This document shows positions 40,007 through 47,328 of a stretch of 64,000 nucleotides of DNA, in pieces. The number at the start of each line of letters is the position of its first letter. Positions within the stretch are counted from its first letter, which is position 1. Under the pieces are notes generated by a model. That model was not told the origin of the DNA. It saw nothing but the letters and a program-made list of their open reading frames with translations, and did not search any database. The translations under genes and the position numbers were made by a program. The stretch lies in IMG/VR virus record IMGVR_UViG_3300035156_000206, positions 227,968 through 291,967 of that record; one strand, written 5' to 3'.

Positions 40007-40082
40007 TGGTGGAGGATGCCGGGATCGAACCGGCCACCTGATGCTTGCAAAGCACCCGCTCTCCCAAATGAGCTAATCCCCC
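40007..40082 (-). tRNA. tRNA-Ala(TGC)
   Basis: Loop TTTGCAA, G3-U70 pair, ACCA end. Confidence 0.95.
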
Positions 40083-40087
40083 AAATT

Positions 40088-40366
40088 CTATACTACTTGA
40101 ATCTTTACCTTCTTGATCTCGATCGTGTCGAGTGCCTTAAGCTGTTCATCAAGGGAAGCAAGTTTTTCTTTCTTTTGTGCTCGTGAAAAGAAGCTACTCT
40201 TCGTTTCCACCAGCTTTTTCTTCTCGTACTCGAGGTTGCTACGAACCTGATTGATGTTTCGTACCACTGATGGTCTGTGAGCGTACAACTTATCAGGCGC
40301 AGTCCACATGTTCAGAATCGAACCATCAGGGAAAACCCCAACATACATCTCGTCATCAATATTCAA
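40088..40366 (-). CDS. hypothetical coiled-coil protein
   Basis: TTG start after GGAG. Confidence 0.65.
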   Translation of the reverse strand: MNIDDEMYVGVFPDGSILNMWTAPDKLYAHRPSVVRNINQVRSNLEYEKKKLVETKSSFFSRAQKKEKLASLDEQLKALDTIEIKKVKIQVV

Positions 40367-40399
40367 GGTCTTCTCCAAGTTCTTAATGAGACATCCTAT

Positions 40400-40477
40400 C
40401 GAACAAAGAGGAATCGAACCTCTTGAGCCCAACCGCGGATGTGGAGAACGTACCCAACTGCTTCCGTTACTTTGCTC
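40400..40477 (-). pseudogene. degenerate tRNA
   Basis: AGAGG-TTCGATT-CCTCT T arm and GAGCAA/TTGTTC stem only. Confidence 0.4.
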
Positions 40478-40588
40478 TCTTCCTAGGTGCTTCCGGCGAT
40501 ATTGAAGTCTCGGCCGGTACCAGCCTTCCTTCTCGACGTGCCATCTTCAATCTAGTCGCCCAGTGTTTCACGTTAAGGGTGTCTCATT

Positions 40589-40788
40589 AAAAACTCTTGT
40601 TACAGTAACCATGCCAGGCAGGGTAATGCTCCCCGAACTCCGCGCGCAAAAGGTGGAGTCAACATCTGTGATACTAACCACTTACAGGTACTTGCTAGGT
40701 TTACTAATTGGCGGCATAGGGGCCCCTACTACCAACTTTCACTTCGTTTTCGCTATCCATGTTTAGGCTACTGAAACAAGAACTCTTT
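40589..40788 (-). ncRNA. 200-nt stem-closed ncRNA
   Basis: Imperfect closing helix of about 22 bp (AAAGAGTTCTTGTTTCAGTAGCC with GGTTACTGTAACAAGAGTTTTT). Confidence 0.5.
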
Positions 40789-40789
40789 A

Positions 40790-40868
40790 TGTGAGACCAG
40801 GCGGGATTCGAACCCACGGCCCTCCGCCATCACTGGCGGTGCTCATCCCACTCGAGCTCACCGGTCCC
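40790..40868 (-). ncRNA. tRNA body whose anticodon loop is a GNRA tetraloop
   Basis: Normal D and T arms, 8-bp acceptor stem, CCGCCA-GTGA-TGGCGG. Confidence 0.65.
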
Positions 40869-40879
40869 CCATTATTCTT

Positions 40880-40955
40880 TGGAGGGGCGGGGTGGAATCG
40901 AACCACCGACCTCCTGGATTAACCCTGGCGCTCTCTCCCCCGAGCTTGCCGCCCC
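40880..40955 (-). tRNA. non-canonical tRNA with 6-nt anticodon loop GTTAAT
   Basis: GGGGCGG/CCGCCCC-T-CCA, D and T arms intact; identity not assignable. Confidence 0.5.
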
Positions 40956-40961
40956 ACAACT

Positions 40962-41036
40962 TGGTGGACAGTGTAGGGATCGAACCTACGACCAATGCCT
41001 TGTAAGGGCACCGCTCTACCGCTGAGCTAACCGTCC
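40962..41036 (-). tRNA. tRNA-Val(TAC)
   Basis: Loop CTTACAA, ACCA end. Confidence 0.93.
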
Positions 41037-41096
41037 GTATTTCTTACTACTTGTTCATTTTACTGCTGATGTTCTCAAAAGACAACATCTAAATTC

Positions 41097-41172
41097 TGGT
41101 AGTTAGAACAGGGCTCGAACCTGTGACCTGTGGTTTATCGAACCACTGCTCTACCAACTGAGCTATCTAACT
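41097..41172 (-). tRNA. tRNA-Ile(GAT), C33 variant
   Basis: Loop TCGATAA, ACCA end. Confidence 0.88.
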
Positions 41173-41176
41173 AAAC

Positions 41177-41250
41177 TGGTGTTGTGTTCAGGAGTTTAAC
41201 CTGAGTCTCTCCCAGGAAGAGGGAACATCCTAACACTAGACGAACACAAC
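41177..41250 (-). tRNA. tRNA-Glu(TTC), atypical loop
   Basis: Loop TCTTCCT, T loop TTAAACT, ACCA end. Confidence 0.7.
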
Positions 41251-41272
41251 GATGAAACGGTACAACAAAATC

Positions 41273-41348
41273 TGGGTGCGTCCCCGAGGAGTTGAACCTC
41301 GCTTAAGCTCTCTATACGTAGCCTGCCCTAGCACTAGACGAAAGACGC
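41273..41348 (-). ncRNA. Glu-type tRNA body with 10-nt anticodon loop
   Basis: D arm GTCTAGTGCTAGG as in the neighbouring tRNA; loop ACGTATAGAG. Confidence 0.5.
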
Positions 41349-41352
41349 GGTG

Positions 41353-41541
41353 TTACTCTGCCGAAAACCTTGATGCCAGGATGATGATTCTCTCTTCACC
41401 ACCATCTGTTTGGATAATGACACCATTACCCATTACACCCAGTATTTCGTACTTCTTTCCTATTGTCAACATAGGGTGAAACTTTTTAGCATCACACAAT
41501 GATTGTAGAATCATACTGCATCCATTCAAACAAGACAACAT
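41353..41541 (-). CDS. hypothetical protein
   Basis: ORF track; start uncertain. Confidence 0.5.
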   Translation of the reverse strand: MLSCLNGCSMILQSLCDAKKFHPMLTIGKKYEILGVMGNGVIIQTDGGEERIIILASRFSAE

Positions 41542-41549
41542 TTAAAATC

Positions 41550-41627
41550 TGGTATGGATAACGGAATTCGAATCCGTGTTTGCAGAGTGAAAGTCTGCCG
41601 TCCTAGTCCTATCTAGACGATATCCAT
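41550..41627 (-). tRNA. tRNA-Glu(TTC)
   Basis: Loop CTTTCAC, ACCA end. Confidence 0.92.
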
Positions 41628-41633
41628 ATTGTA

Positions 41634-41888
41634 CTACTTTTTAACCTTCTCGTACTGCACACCATCAATCACCACTACTGCTTTCGGTGACTTTTCTTGT
41701 GTGACCGTTGATGTTGAACTATTCGGACATCGAACAACCGTGATTGCATTTCCGTTTGTGTTCCTCATGTATGTAAAGGAACAATCGTTCAAGTGCTCGG
41801 GCACCGAATACCGCGTCTTCGAATCTTCGGTTGTTGCTTCACATCCTGCTACCAACACGCATAATACCACTGCCGCAACCTTGTTCAT
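41634..41888 (-). CDS. putative lipoprotein
   Basis: Lipobox LVAGC; VVRCPNSSTST. Confidence 0.75.
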   Translation of the reverse strand: MNKVAAVVLCVLVAGCEATTEDSKTRYSVPEHLNDCSFTYMRNTNGNAITVVRCPNSSTSTVTQEKSPKAVVVIDGVQYEKVKK

Positions 41889-42334
41889 TTGATACCTTGT
41901 TGTGTAAACTTCTGGTCACTTAGGTCGATCTTAACGATCTTGCTTTCGTCCCTTGTCTCTGCATCAATGAAAATGGTTCGTAACACAACCCATTCCCCAA
42001 CAAATGAAACTGGAACAATAAGGTAATCAATTACAAACTCGACCCTTCCAATCTTTTCACCATTAACATATCGGGTATGAAAGTAAAGCAACTCACACAA
42101 CCCATAATTAACAATGCGCTTTAGCAGCTTTCCTAGACGATCTGCATTGTCTTTGGTAATCCGCTCCTTCATCCTATCAATCGCATGGCTCGACAGCTTT
42201 AGCTTGAACCGCGTGTGATAATCAATCAGGTCAAATACTTCAAGCAGTTTCTGGTTCAATGGAACCATCAAATGCCGGTTTAGTGTTTTATTGTCGTATT
42301 CCATGTGGTGTATTCTACAACATGTTCTATTCAA
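41885..42334 (-). CDS. hypothetical protein, possible RelE/DUF4258-like fold
   Basis: LSSHAIDRMKER and VVLRTIF motifs; start probably the later MEYDN. Confidence 0.55.
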   Translation of the reverse strand: MNRTCCRIHHMEYDNKTLNRHLMVPLNQKLLEVFDLIDYHTRFKLKLSSHAIDRMKERITKDNADRLGKLLKRIVNYGLCELLYFHTRYVNGEKIGRVEFVIDYLIVPVSFVGEWVVLRTIFIDAETRDESKIVKIDLSDQKFTQQGIK

Positions 42335-42354
42335 AAATCAACAACTATTTGTTC

Positions 42355-42439
42355 TGGTGGATCATGATGGAGTCGAACCACCTATGACTAGCATGCTTGC
42401 GGGTTACAGCCGCACCCCTTACCGTTCGGGCAACGATCC
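42355..42439 (-). tRNA. tRNA-Tyr(GTA)
   Basis: Loop CTGTAAC, long variable arm. Confidence 0.92.
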
Positions 42440-42446
42440 AATGTTC

Positions 42447-42531
42447 TGGTGGGTTGGGTAGGGATCGAACCTACTTACCATAAGGAACGGGGGTTACAGC
42501 CCCGCAGCACGACCTTTGTGCCATCCAACCC
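42447..42531 (-). tRNA. tRNA-Tyr(GTA)
   Basis: Loop CTGTAAC, long variable arm. Confidence 0.9.
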
Positions 42532-42539
42532 GGTATTCT

Positions 42540-42758
42540 TTACTTCAACTTCTTGATGTCCATTTTCAGGTCAGCGATCTTTCGCATGGTGCCTGGTACG
42601 TCAAATGCTGGACCCTTACCCTTTTGTTGCAAAGCGAGCTTCATTTCTGACTCGAGCTGTACAACACGGGCTTCCAGGTTTGCAATCTTCTTATCGTTCT
42701 TGGCCATCATAAACTCCTGTTGTTGTGTTAATGAATCAACATGATACATCTTAAACAC
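42540..42758 (-). CDS. small coiled-coil protein
   Basis: AGGAG RBS before MMAK. Confidence 0.65.
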   Translation of the reverse strand: MFKMYHVDSLTQQQEFMMAKNDKKIANLEARVVQLESEMKLALQQKGKGPAFDVPGTMRKIADLKMDIKKLK

Positions 42759-42778
42759 GTTTACTGCAACTTCTAATT

Positions 42779-42853
42779 TGGTAGGGCCGGAGGAGCTCGA
42801 ATCCTCTTTTGCTGGTTAAAAGCCAGCTACTTCACCGTTAAAGTTTCAACCCC
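42779..42853 (-). tRNA. tRNA-Lys(TTT)
   Basis: Loop CTTTTAA, ACCA end. Confidence 0.92.
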
Positions 42854-42867
42854 AAAATTCGGATAAC

Positions 42868-42899
42868 AAAAAAGAGCACCGTCTTTCGAGGGTGCTCTT
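42868..42899 (-). terminator. attenuator 2 terminator
   Basis: AAGAGCACC-loop-GGTGCTCTT plus T tract, 15 nt before tRNA-Lys. Confidence 0.92.
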
Positions 42900-42921
42900 G
42901 TCGTTGGAATAAAATGGAGGT

Positions 42922-43035
42922 TTACTTCTTAGACACTCCACCTTTGACAAAAGCACACACGCGTTTATATTGGGCAGCATACGCTACTTCAATAATAAAC
43001 ATCTCGTGTTGTTCTAGTTGGCAAAGGGTAAACAT
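42922..43035 (-). CDS. 37-aa leader peptide MFTLCQLEQHEMFIIEVAYAAQYKRVCAFVKGGVSKK (not in ORF track)
   Basis: GTGCTTTTGTC (42946-42956) pairs 11 of 11 with GACAAGAGCAC, which overlaps the terminator 5' arm. Confidence 0.75.
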   Translation of the reverse strand: MFTLCQLEQHEMFIIEVAYAAQYKRVCAFVKGGVSKK

Positions 43036-43071
43036 TTTATAATCCAAGTGTTGGGTGATTCGTTATAATGC

Positions 43072-43077
43072 TATTTA
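43072..43077 (-). promoter_or_regulatory. TAAATA late-type promoter for leader 2
   Basis: 37 nt upstream of the leader ATG. Confidence 0.6.
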
Positions 43078-43109
43078 GTGCTGATACTCTCAAAGGCAAG
43101 AGGGTATAA

Positions 43110-43540
43110 ACAGGGTAACAATTCTTATGGGGGCACCGCGTCTACTCGTCCTGTAAATTTGCACAGCAACGCCGCCAGCGCGCGCTATCTACAAGGCCAC
43201 ATAGGCTGCATATGAGTTAGATGTCCGGACATCTGCGGCGCGGTACCTTCATAAGGACTGTCAAAGAACTTAGGTGAGTCACTAGGGAATACCCCAACAA
43301 ATGTAGTCGACATCAACTTTGCGTCAGCTTAGCCGGTTGAATAATCCGGACTTCGTAGGGACACCCTTTTGATGGGGTGAGCTTTGCATCCTCATTCCTG
43401 AGGAAGTTTCCTTGCCATAAAGCTCCATGGAGCACGCGCATTTCATCCGTCTAGTACATTTGCGTCAGTTTGTTTCCGTGGGCTCTTTCCTTCCCACTAC
43501 GTCTTCCACTGGCGTGTGACTCGCCTAAATTCTCTAGGCC
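43110..43540 (-). ncRNA. putative large structured ncRNA (about 430 nt)
   Basis: No credible ORF; many hairpins; CTGACGCAAA twice; boxA-like AGTTCTTTGACA near 43258-43270. Confidence 0.5.
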
Positions 43541-43545
43541 AATAC

Positions 43546-43661
43546 TTTGTTTGACACTCGCGGGGCGTATGGCAGTGTGTACAATCCCATACGGTCGTGC
43601 AAGTATCGTCTGCAAGTCCCACAACGCTCTGGCCGGAGCATCACTGCGAGTGTCAAACAAA
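43546..43661 (-). ncRNA. 116-nt cloverleaf-like RNA closed by a perfect 16-bp stem
   Basis: TTTGTTTGACACTCGC/GCGAGTGTCAAACAAA; arms GCTC/GAGC, TGCAG/TTGCA, CGTATGG/CCATACG. Confidence 0.6.
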
Positions 43662-43668
43662 ATACTGG

Positions 43669-43756
43669 TGGTGCCGGCACCGAGACTCGAACTCGGATGC
43701 GCTTGCGCGCGGGAGATTTTAAGTCTCCTGGGTCTAACCAATTTCCCCATACCGGC
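43669..43756 (-). tRNA. tRNA-Leu(TAA)
   Basis: Loop CTTAAAA, long variable arm, encoded ACCACCA. Confidence 0.93.
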
Positions 43757-43797
43757 CATTCTTTACAGCAACTGATCGTTTCCGATTCAGTTAGAAG

Positions 43798-43826
43798 AGT
43801 ATATATGGACTCTTCATTTATGACAA
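43798..43826 (-). promoter_or_regulatory. sigma70 promoter TTGTCA-N17-TATACT
   Basis: Sits at the head of the RNA island. Confidence 0.8.
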
Positions 43827-43850
43827 CAGTTATTTCTGCTGGGTGATGCG

Positions 43851-44351
43851 TTACACTATTTCATTATATTCAGCTGATGCAACTTCATTTATGGGCCCGA
43901 GCCCACACATCAGTGAATCCACGTCCAGGTTCGCATAGCGCATTGAAAATTCTGTACGCAACGAAGACTGCACGTCTCCCCAGGCGGGAAGGTGTGCCCG
44001 CGAGGTATATAGCGTCCGCAGTGCCGCTATAGCATGGTAAGGATTGGCAAGCTTTGCATCCACCTGCCTCAGCAATTGGTTGACGTTGGTGAGATGGTTT
44101 GGTGCGTCTGCTTCCACGTTTCGCAAAAGCGATTTGATAGTCTTCGACACTGCCACCAGACTTTCTGGTGCATCAGGGTTGTTCACATTCCTCAGCCACG
44201 CGGGAAGCTGCACTGGCTCAGTGATGCCTGATGCCTGTTTGTTTCGGCTGGTCAAATTATTCTCCCAACTGTTTCTGCATCTCTTTACGAGCCAGGCGCT
44301 TTTGACGGGCACGCTTTGCATGTTCACCAACTTTAGGCTCATGAACGCCAC
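43851..44351 (-). CDS. hypothetical protein
   Basis: ORF behind a promoter. Confidence 0.6.
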   Translation of the reverse strand: MAFMSLKLVNMQSVPVKSAWLVKRCRNSWENNLTSRNKQASGITEPVQLPAWLRNVNNPDAPESLVAVSKTIKSLLRNVEADAPNHLTNVNQLLRQVDAKLANPYHAIAALRTLYTSRAHLPAWGDVQSSLRTEFSMRYANLDVDSLMCGLGPINEVASAEYNEIV

Positions 44352-44473
44352 CCTTCTTTGTCATCAGGACAGCGTTTACATGGGCTGCACGTGGCTTACG
44401 AAGTTTTCTTACCTTGGCCATCTTGTTCTCCATTTGAATATGTGTAGCATTATATATCCAAATGGGAGGGAAG

Positions 44474-44797
44474 TCAACAGCTTTTCTTCAGCTCAGGCAT
44501 GAAATCGTTGACCCATTCTGCTGTCACCATCTCGATGGTGAGCTTATCGACCCACTTCTCTTGATTGGGAACCTTAAGTGCTTCCCTGTCCTTGCCGTAG
44601 ATGGACACAGTTCCATCCTCATCCACTTCACCATCGAAGTAGAACCGATCGTCGTCCCAATAAAACCCAACCTCTCCGTCATCGTTCTGCATGAGGATAG
44701 GTGATCGTACGCCAAGCTCTACCAAACGGGCAATGAACTTCTCCCGAATGGCGAGGTCTTCTGGCTTGGGATTGTCTGGTGGTAGATCGCGAATCAC
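44474..44797 (-). CDS. hypothetical protein
   Basis: GTGA-coupled. Confidence 0.7.
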   Translation of the reverse strand: MIRDLPPDNPKPEDLAIREKFIARLVELGVRSPILMQNDDGEVGFYWDDDRFYFDGEVDEDGTVSIYGKDREALKVPNQEKWVDKLTIEMVTAEWVNDFMPELKKSC

Positions 44798-45117
44798 GAT
44801 GGCTGCAGCTTTGTTTGCATATGTTCACCCAGGCCAAACTTCACTGGGTCCAGATTGCGCAGGTGGTCAAATTGCGGCAGTGGTGAGCCTACCCCAGCCT
44901 CCAGTTCCTTCAGGCCAGCAATTGCCTTCTTGTAGTGACGCATCGCGGCCCCCAGGTTGTACTTGTTGCGATTGTAGATCATCTGCTTTTCCTGGCTATC
45001 GACGAATTCCGTCAATGCCTCCGAGAATACCATCATGTCGATGACGGTGTGATTCTTAGGCTGATTCATGTCCATTTGCTGTCCTTGAAGAGGTGGTGAA
45101 ACTATAGAGTAGCTCAC
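44794..45117 (-). CDS. hypothetical protein
   Basis: ORF track. Confidence 0.65.
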   Translation of the reverse strand: MSYSIVSPPLQGQQMDMNQPKNHTVIDMMVFSEALTEFVDSQEKQMIYNRNKYNLGAAMRHYKKAIAGLKELEAGVGSPLPQFDHLRNLDPVKFGLGEHMQTKLQPS

Positions 45118-45130
45118 ATTCTGATTCGAG

Positions 45131-45406
45131 TCAACCGTTTTTTCTTGTCATAATGCGCTTCCACCCGTATGGACTGGTGCACTTTCTGACGCTATGAAAG
45201 AAGATCGCCCCGTTCTCACGATAGCAGATTCTGAGCAGGTCCATCTTCACTTTCAGTCTCAGCCCGATGTGAGGGTGAATATCATACATGTAGCGACCGG
45301 CATAAATCTGCTTGTGTGCCCGATCGCCACGGGTACGGAGCTGGCGGTGCTTTGATACCATCAGCGTCTTGCGCGGCACTACATCATACATTGGTACATA
45401 GTTCAT
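45131..45406 (-). CDS. basic hypothetical protein
   Basis: ATGA-coupled. Confidence 0.6.
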   Translation of the reverse strand: MNYVPMYDVVPRKTLMVSKHRQLRTRGDRAHKQIYAGRYMYDIHPHIGLRLKVKMDLLRICYRENGAIFFHSVRKCTSPYGWKRIMTRKNG

Positions 45407-45774
45407 GCTGGCTCCTTGGTGATATATTTGGCCATGAACTCCTGCAGCAAGTCCTCAGCTTCCATTCCCACATCATACGCACGGTACTCATCAATGATCT
45501 TGAGGAACCACGTGCGCCCTTTGGTATCTTTCGCAAATCCTTCGTAGCATTTGATACCACGGAAGCCATGCGTCTCGATGCGCGTAACCTGCTCGAAGTC
45601 CATCGTAATAAAGCTCCCAATACCACGTGAGCCTTCGCTGTTCTTGATGATTGCCTGAACGAGATCGTCGTAGGCCTCACCATCAAATTCATCCAGCTTG
45701 ATCACAATGTCATGTTCTGGCAGTATACCAGACAGTGGCATCCCTTTTTGCATCTCATATTCATGTAGGTACAT
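45403..45774 (-). CDS. hypothetical protein
   Basis: Behind the promoter at 45804-45832. Confidence 0.75.
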   Translation of the reverse strand: MYLHEYEMQKGMPLSGILPEHDIVIKLDEFDGEAYDDLVQAIIKNSEGSRGIGSFITMDFEQVTRIETHGFRGIKCYEGFAKDTKGRTWFLKIIDEYRAYDVGMEAEDLLQEFMAKYITKEPA

Positions 45775-45924
45775 TTGTATATCCCCATAATAGCCTTACA
45801 GTCATTATAAGCAACTTTCCAATAAAAGTCAACAAGAATACGCTTGAATGAAGTGGAACCCGGCATATGTGCACTTAGTTCAGTTACAACATAAATAATC
45901 CACCAATCATAAAAGGACATCAAT

Positions 45925-46275
45925 ATGCAACTCAACGACCTGTTAACTGAAGCCGAAATAGACGCACTGCTGGAAGCGCCTCTCGATATGCCTGAGGGAG
46001 CTTCCCTTGTTACTCAATTAGAGACACTGATGCATCGTTTGGAATCGGCCAAACGTGCGTTGGGGATCACAAACCGCCTTACCAATCCTGAAGACCGTAA
46101 GCGCCATCGTTCGCGTGTAATGAGCTTCATGAACCAACTGCGTGCGATGTTCAATCGTGTGGCAGATCAGATGGAAGCAGATATGGCTAAAGAAGATCAG
46201 CCAAATCCTGAAGAACGAGGAAGTGTTGCACCACAAGCGGGTGCGATGCCATCAGATATGCGGATGGCAGCATAA
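45925..46275 (+). CDS. hypothetical protein (probably late)
   Basis: AAGGA RBS, TAAATA at 45892-45897, bidirectional terminator after the stop. Confidence 0.8.
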   Translation: MQLNDLLTEAEIDALLEAPLDMPEGASLVTQLETLMHRLESAKRALGITNRLTNPEDRKRHRSRVMSFMNQLRAMFNRVADQMEADMAKEDQPNPEERGSVAPQAGAMPSDMRMAA

Positions 46276-46318
46276 GAAAAAGGCCGCGCGATGCGGCCTT
46301 TTTCTAAGCAGGCAGCGA

Positions 46319-47176
46319 TTAAGCAGCCGGCGTTTCTTCGGCAGGCGTTTCTTCAGCTGGTGCTTCGCTGGTAGCAGCCAGGCCGGTGCCTTCGTCGGCT
46401 GGAACCGAGACGCCTTCTGCGGCAACTTCGATCACTTCAGCGTCATTCGCTGTTGTGGTTTCGGCCACGGTCTCGCCAGCTGGAGTTTCAGTGGACGCTG
46501 GTGTTGCCGAGCGTGGCGTTACCATGCCGGCGGCCTTGCGCATGTTGTAGATGTAGGTGTTGGCACCATTTTTGCTCAGGCCGACAGCTGGGTCAGTGAG
46601 CAGGCCCATCAGGATCTTGCGCTCGGCGCCCTTGTTTGCGTTGAACACTGCACGTGCACGCTCGGCCTTGGTTGGACCCGCGGTTTCGACGATCGTTTCG
46701 GTGCCGGTGGCAGCAGCCACTTCAACCTTGGTATCGACGATGTCGGTAGCTTTGGTGGTGATAACCGCCGGCGCTCCGGTAACAGCTTCGGCCAGTTCGG
46801 CCTGCAGTTCGTTCTGGATCTCGATTTCGGCAACAGCCGTCGAAACGATTTCGGCGCTGATTTCTTCCACGATGCCGGCTGCGACGTTGGTGTCGGTTAC
46901 AGCGGTCACGACTTCTTCGGTGTCAACTGGCTTGACGGTTGACGGCGTATTGGTACCGAATTCGAAGTTTGCTTCGGCCGTGGGCACCAAGATGCCGTCT
47001 TCGATTACCACGTACCCGCGCTTTTTGAGCGTTGCCAGGGAACCAGTGACTGTGGCGACGGACACGCCCAGGTATTCAGCGATCTTGGGTGCGGTTGCAG
47101 TCTTGTCGAGCAAGATAGCGTCCATCACATCTTTTGCCTTTTCGGACAGAGGCTTTGTTTCAATGGCAGTAGTCAT
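46319..47176 (-). CDS. winged-HTH protein with acidic linker and C-terminal helical module
   Basis: TAPKIAEYLGVSVATVTGSLATLKKRGYV; strong codon bias. Confidence 0.8.
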   Translation of the reverse strand: MTTAIETKPLSEKAKDVMDAILLDKTATAPKIAEYLGVSVATVTGSLATLKKRGYVVIEDGILVPTAEANFEFGTNTPSTVKPVDTEEVVTAVTDTNVAAGIVEEISAEIVSTAVAEIEIQNELQAELAEAVTGAPAVITTKATDIVDTKVEVAAATGTETIVETAGPTKAERARAVFNANKGAERKILMGLLTDPAVGLSKNGANTYIYNMRKAAGMVTPRSATPASTETPAGETVAETTTANDAEVIEVAAEGVSVPADEGTGLAATSEAPAEETPAEETPAA

Positions 47177-47328
47177 GGTACATCCTTTTCAAGTCATTAT
47201 AAATTAGTCTCAGAATCGGTTGTATGGGACGTCTCGCTTACTGCTTAATTTCCCTAACCGATGAGGCAATTATAGATGGGTAAAGAATCGAAGTCAACGG
47301 GACATACACAAGTTTATTGACAAATATA

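Noticed and set aside
40880-40955. Ochre or amber suppressor tRNA and genome recoding
   Set aside because: The loop has 6 nt and is ambiguous. Long ORFs read normally in code 11 and end with all three stop codons.
43300-43500. c-di-GMP-I riboswitch or RNase P RNA
   Set aside because: Only GACGCAAA and ACCGGCTAA fragments match; the other conserved core elements (for example GAGGAAAGTCC of RNase P) were not found.
43451-43759. 102-aa ORF spanning tRNA-Leu(TAA)
   Set aside because: Runs through a tRNA and a stem-closed RNA; not a credible gene.
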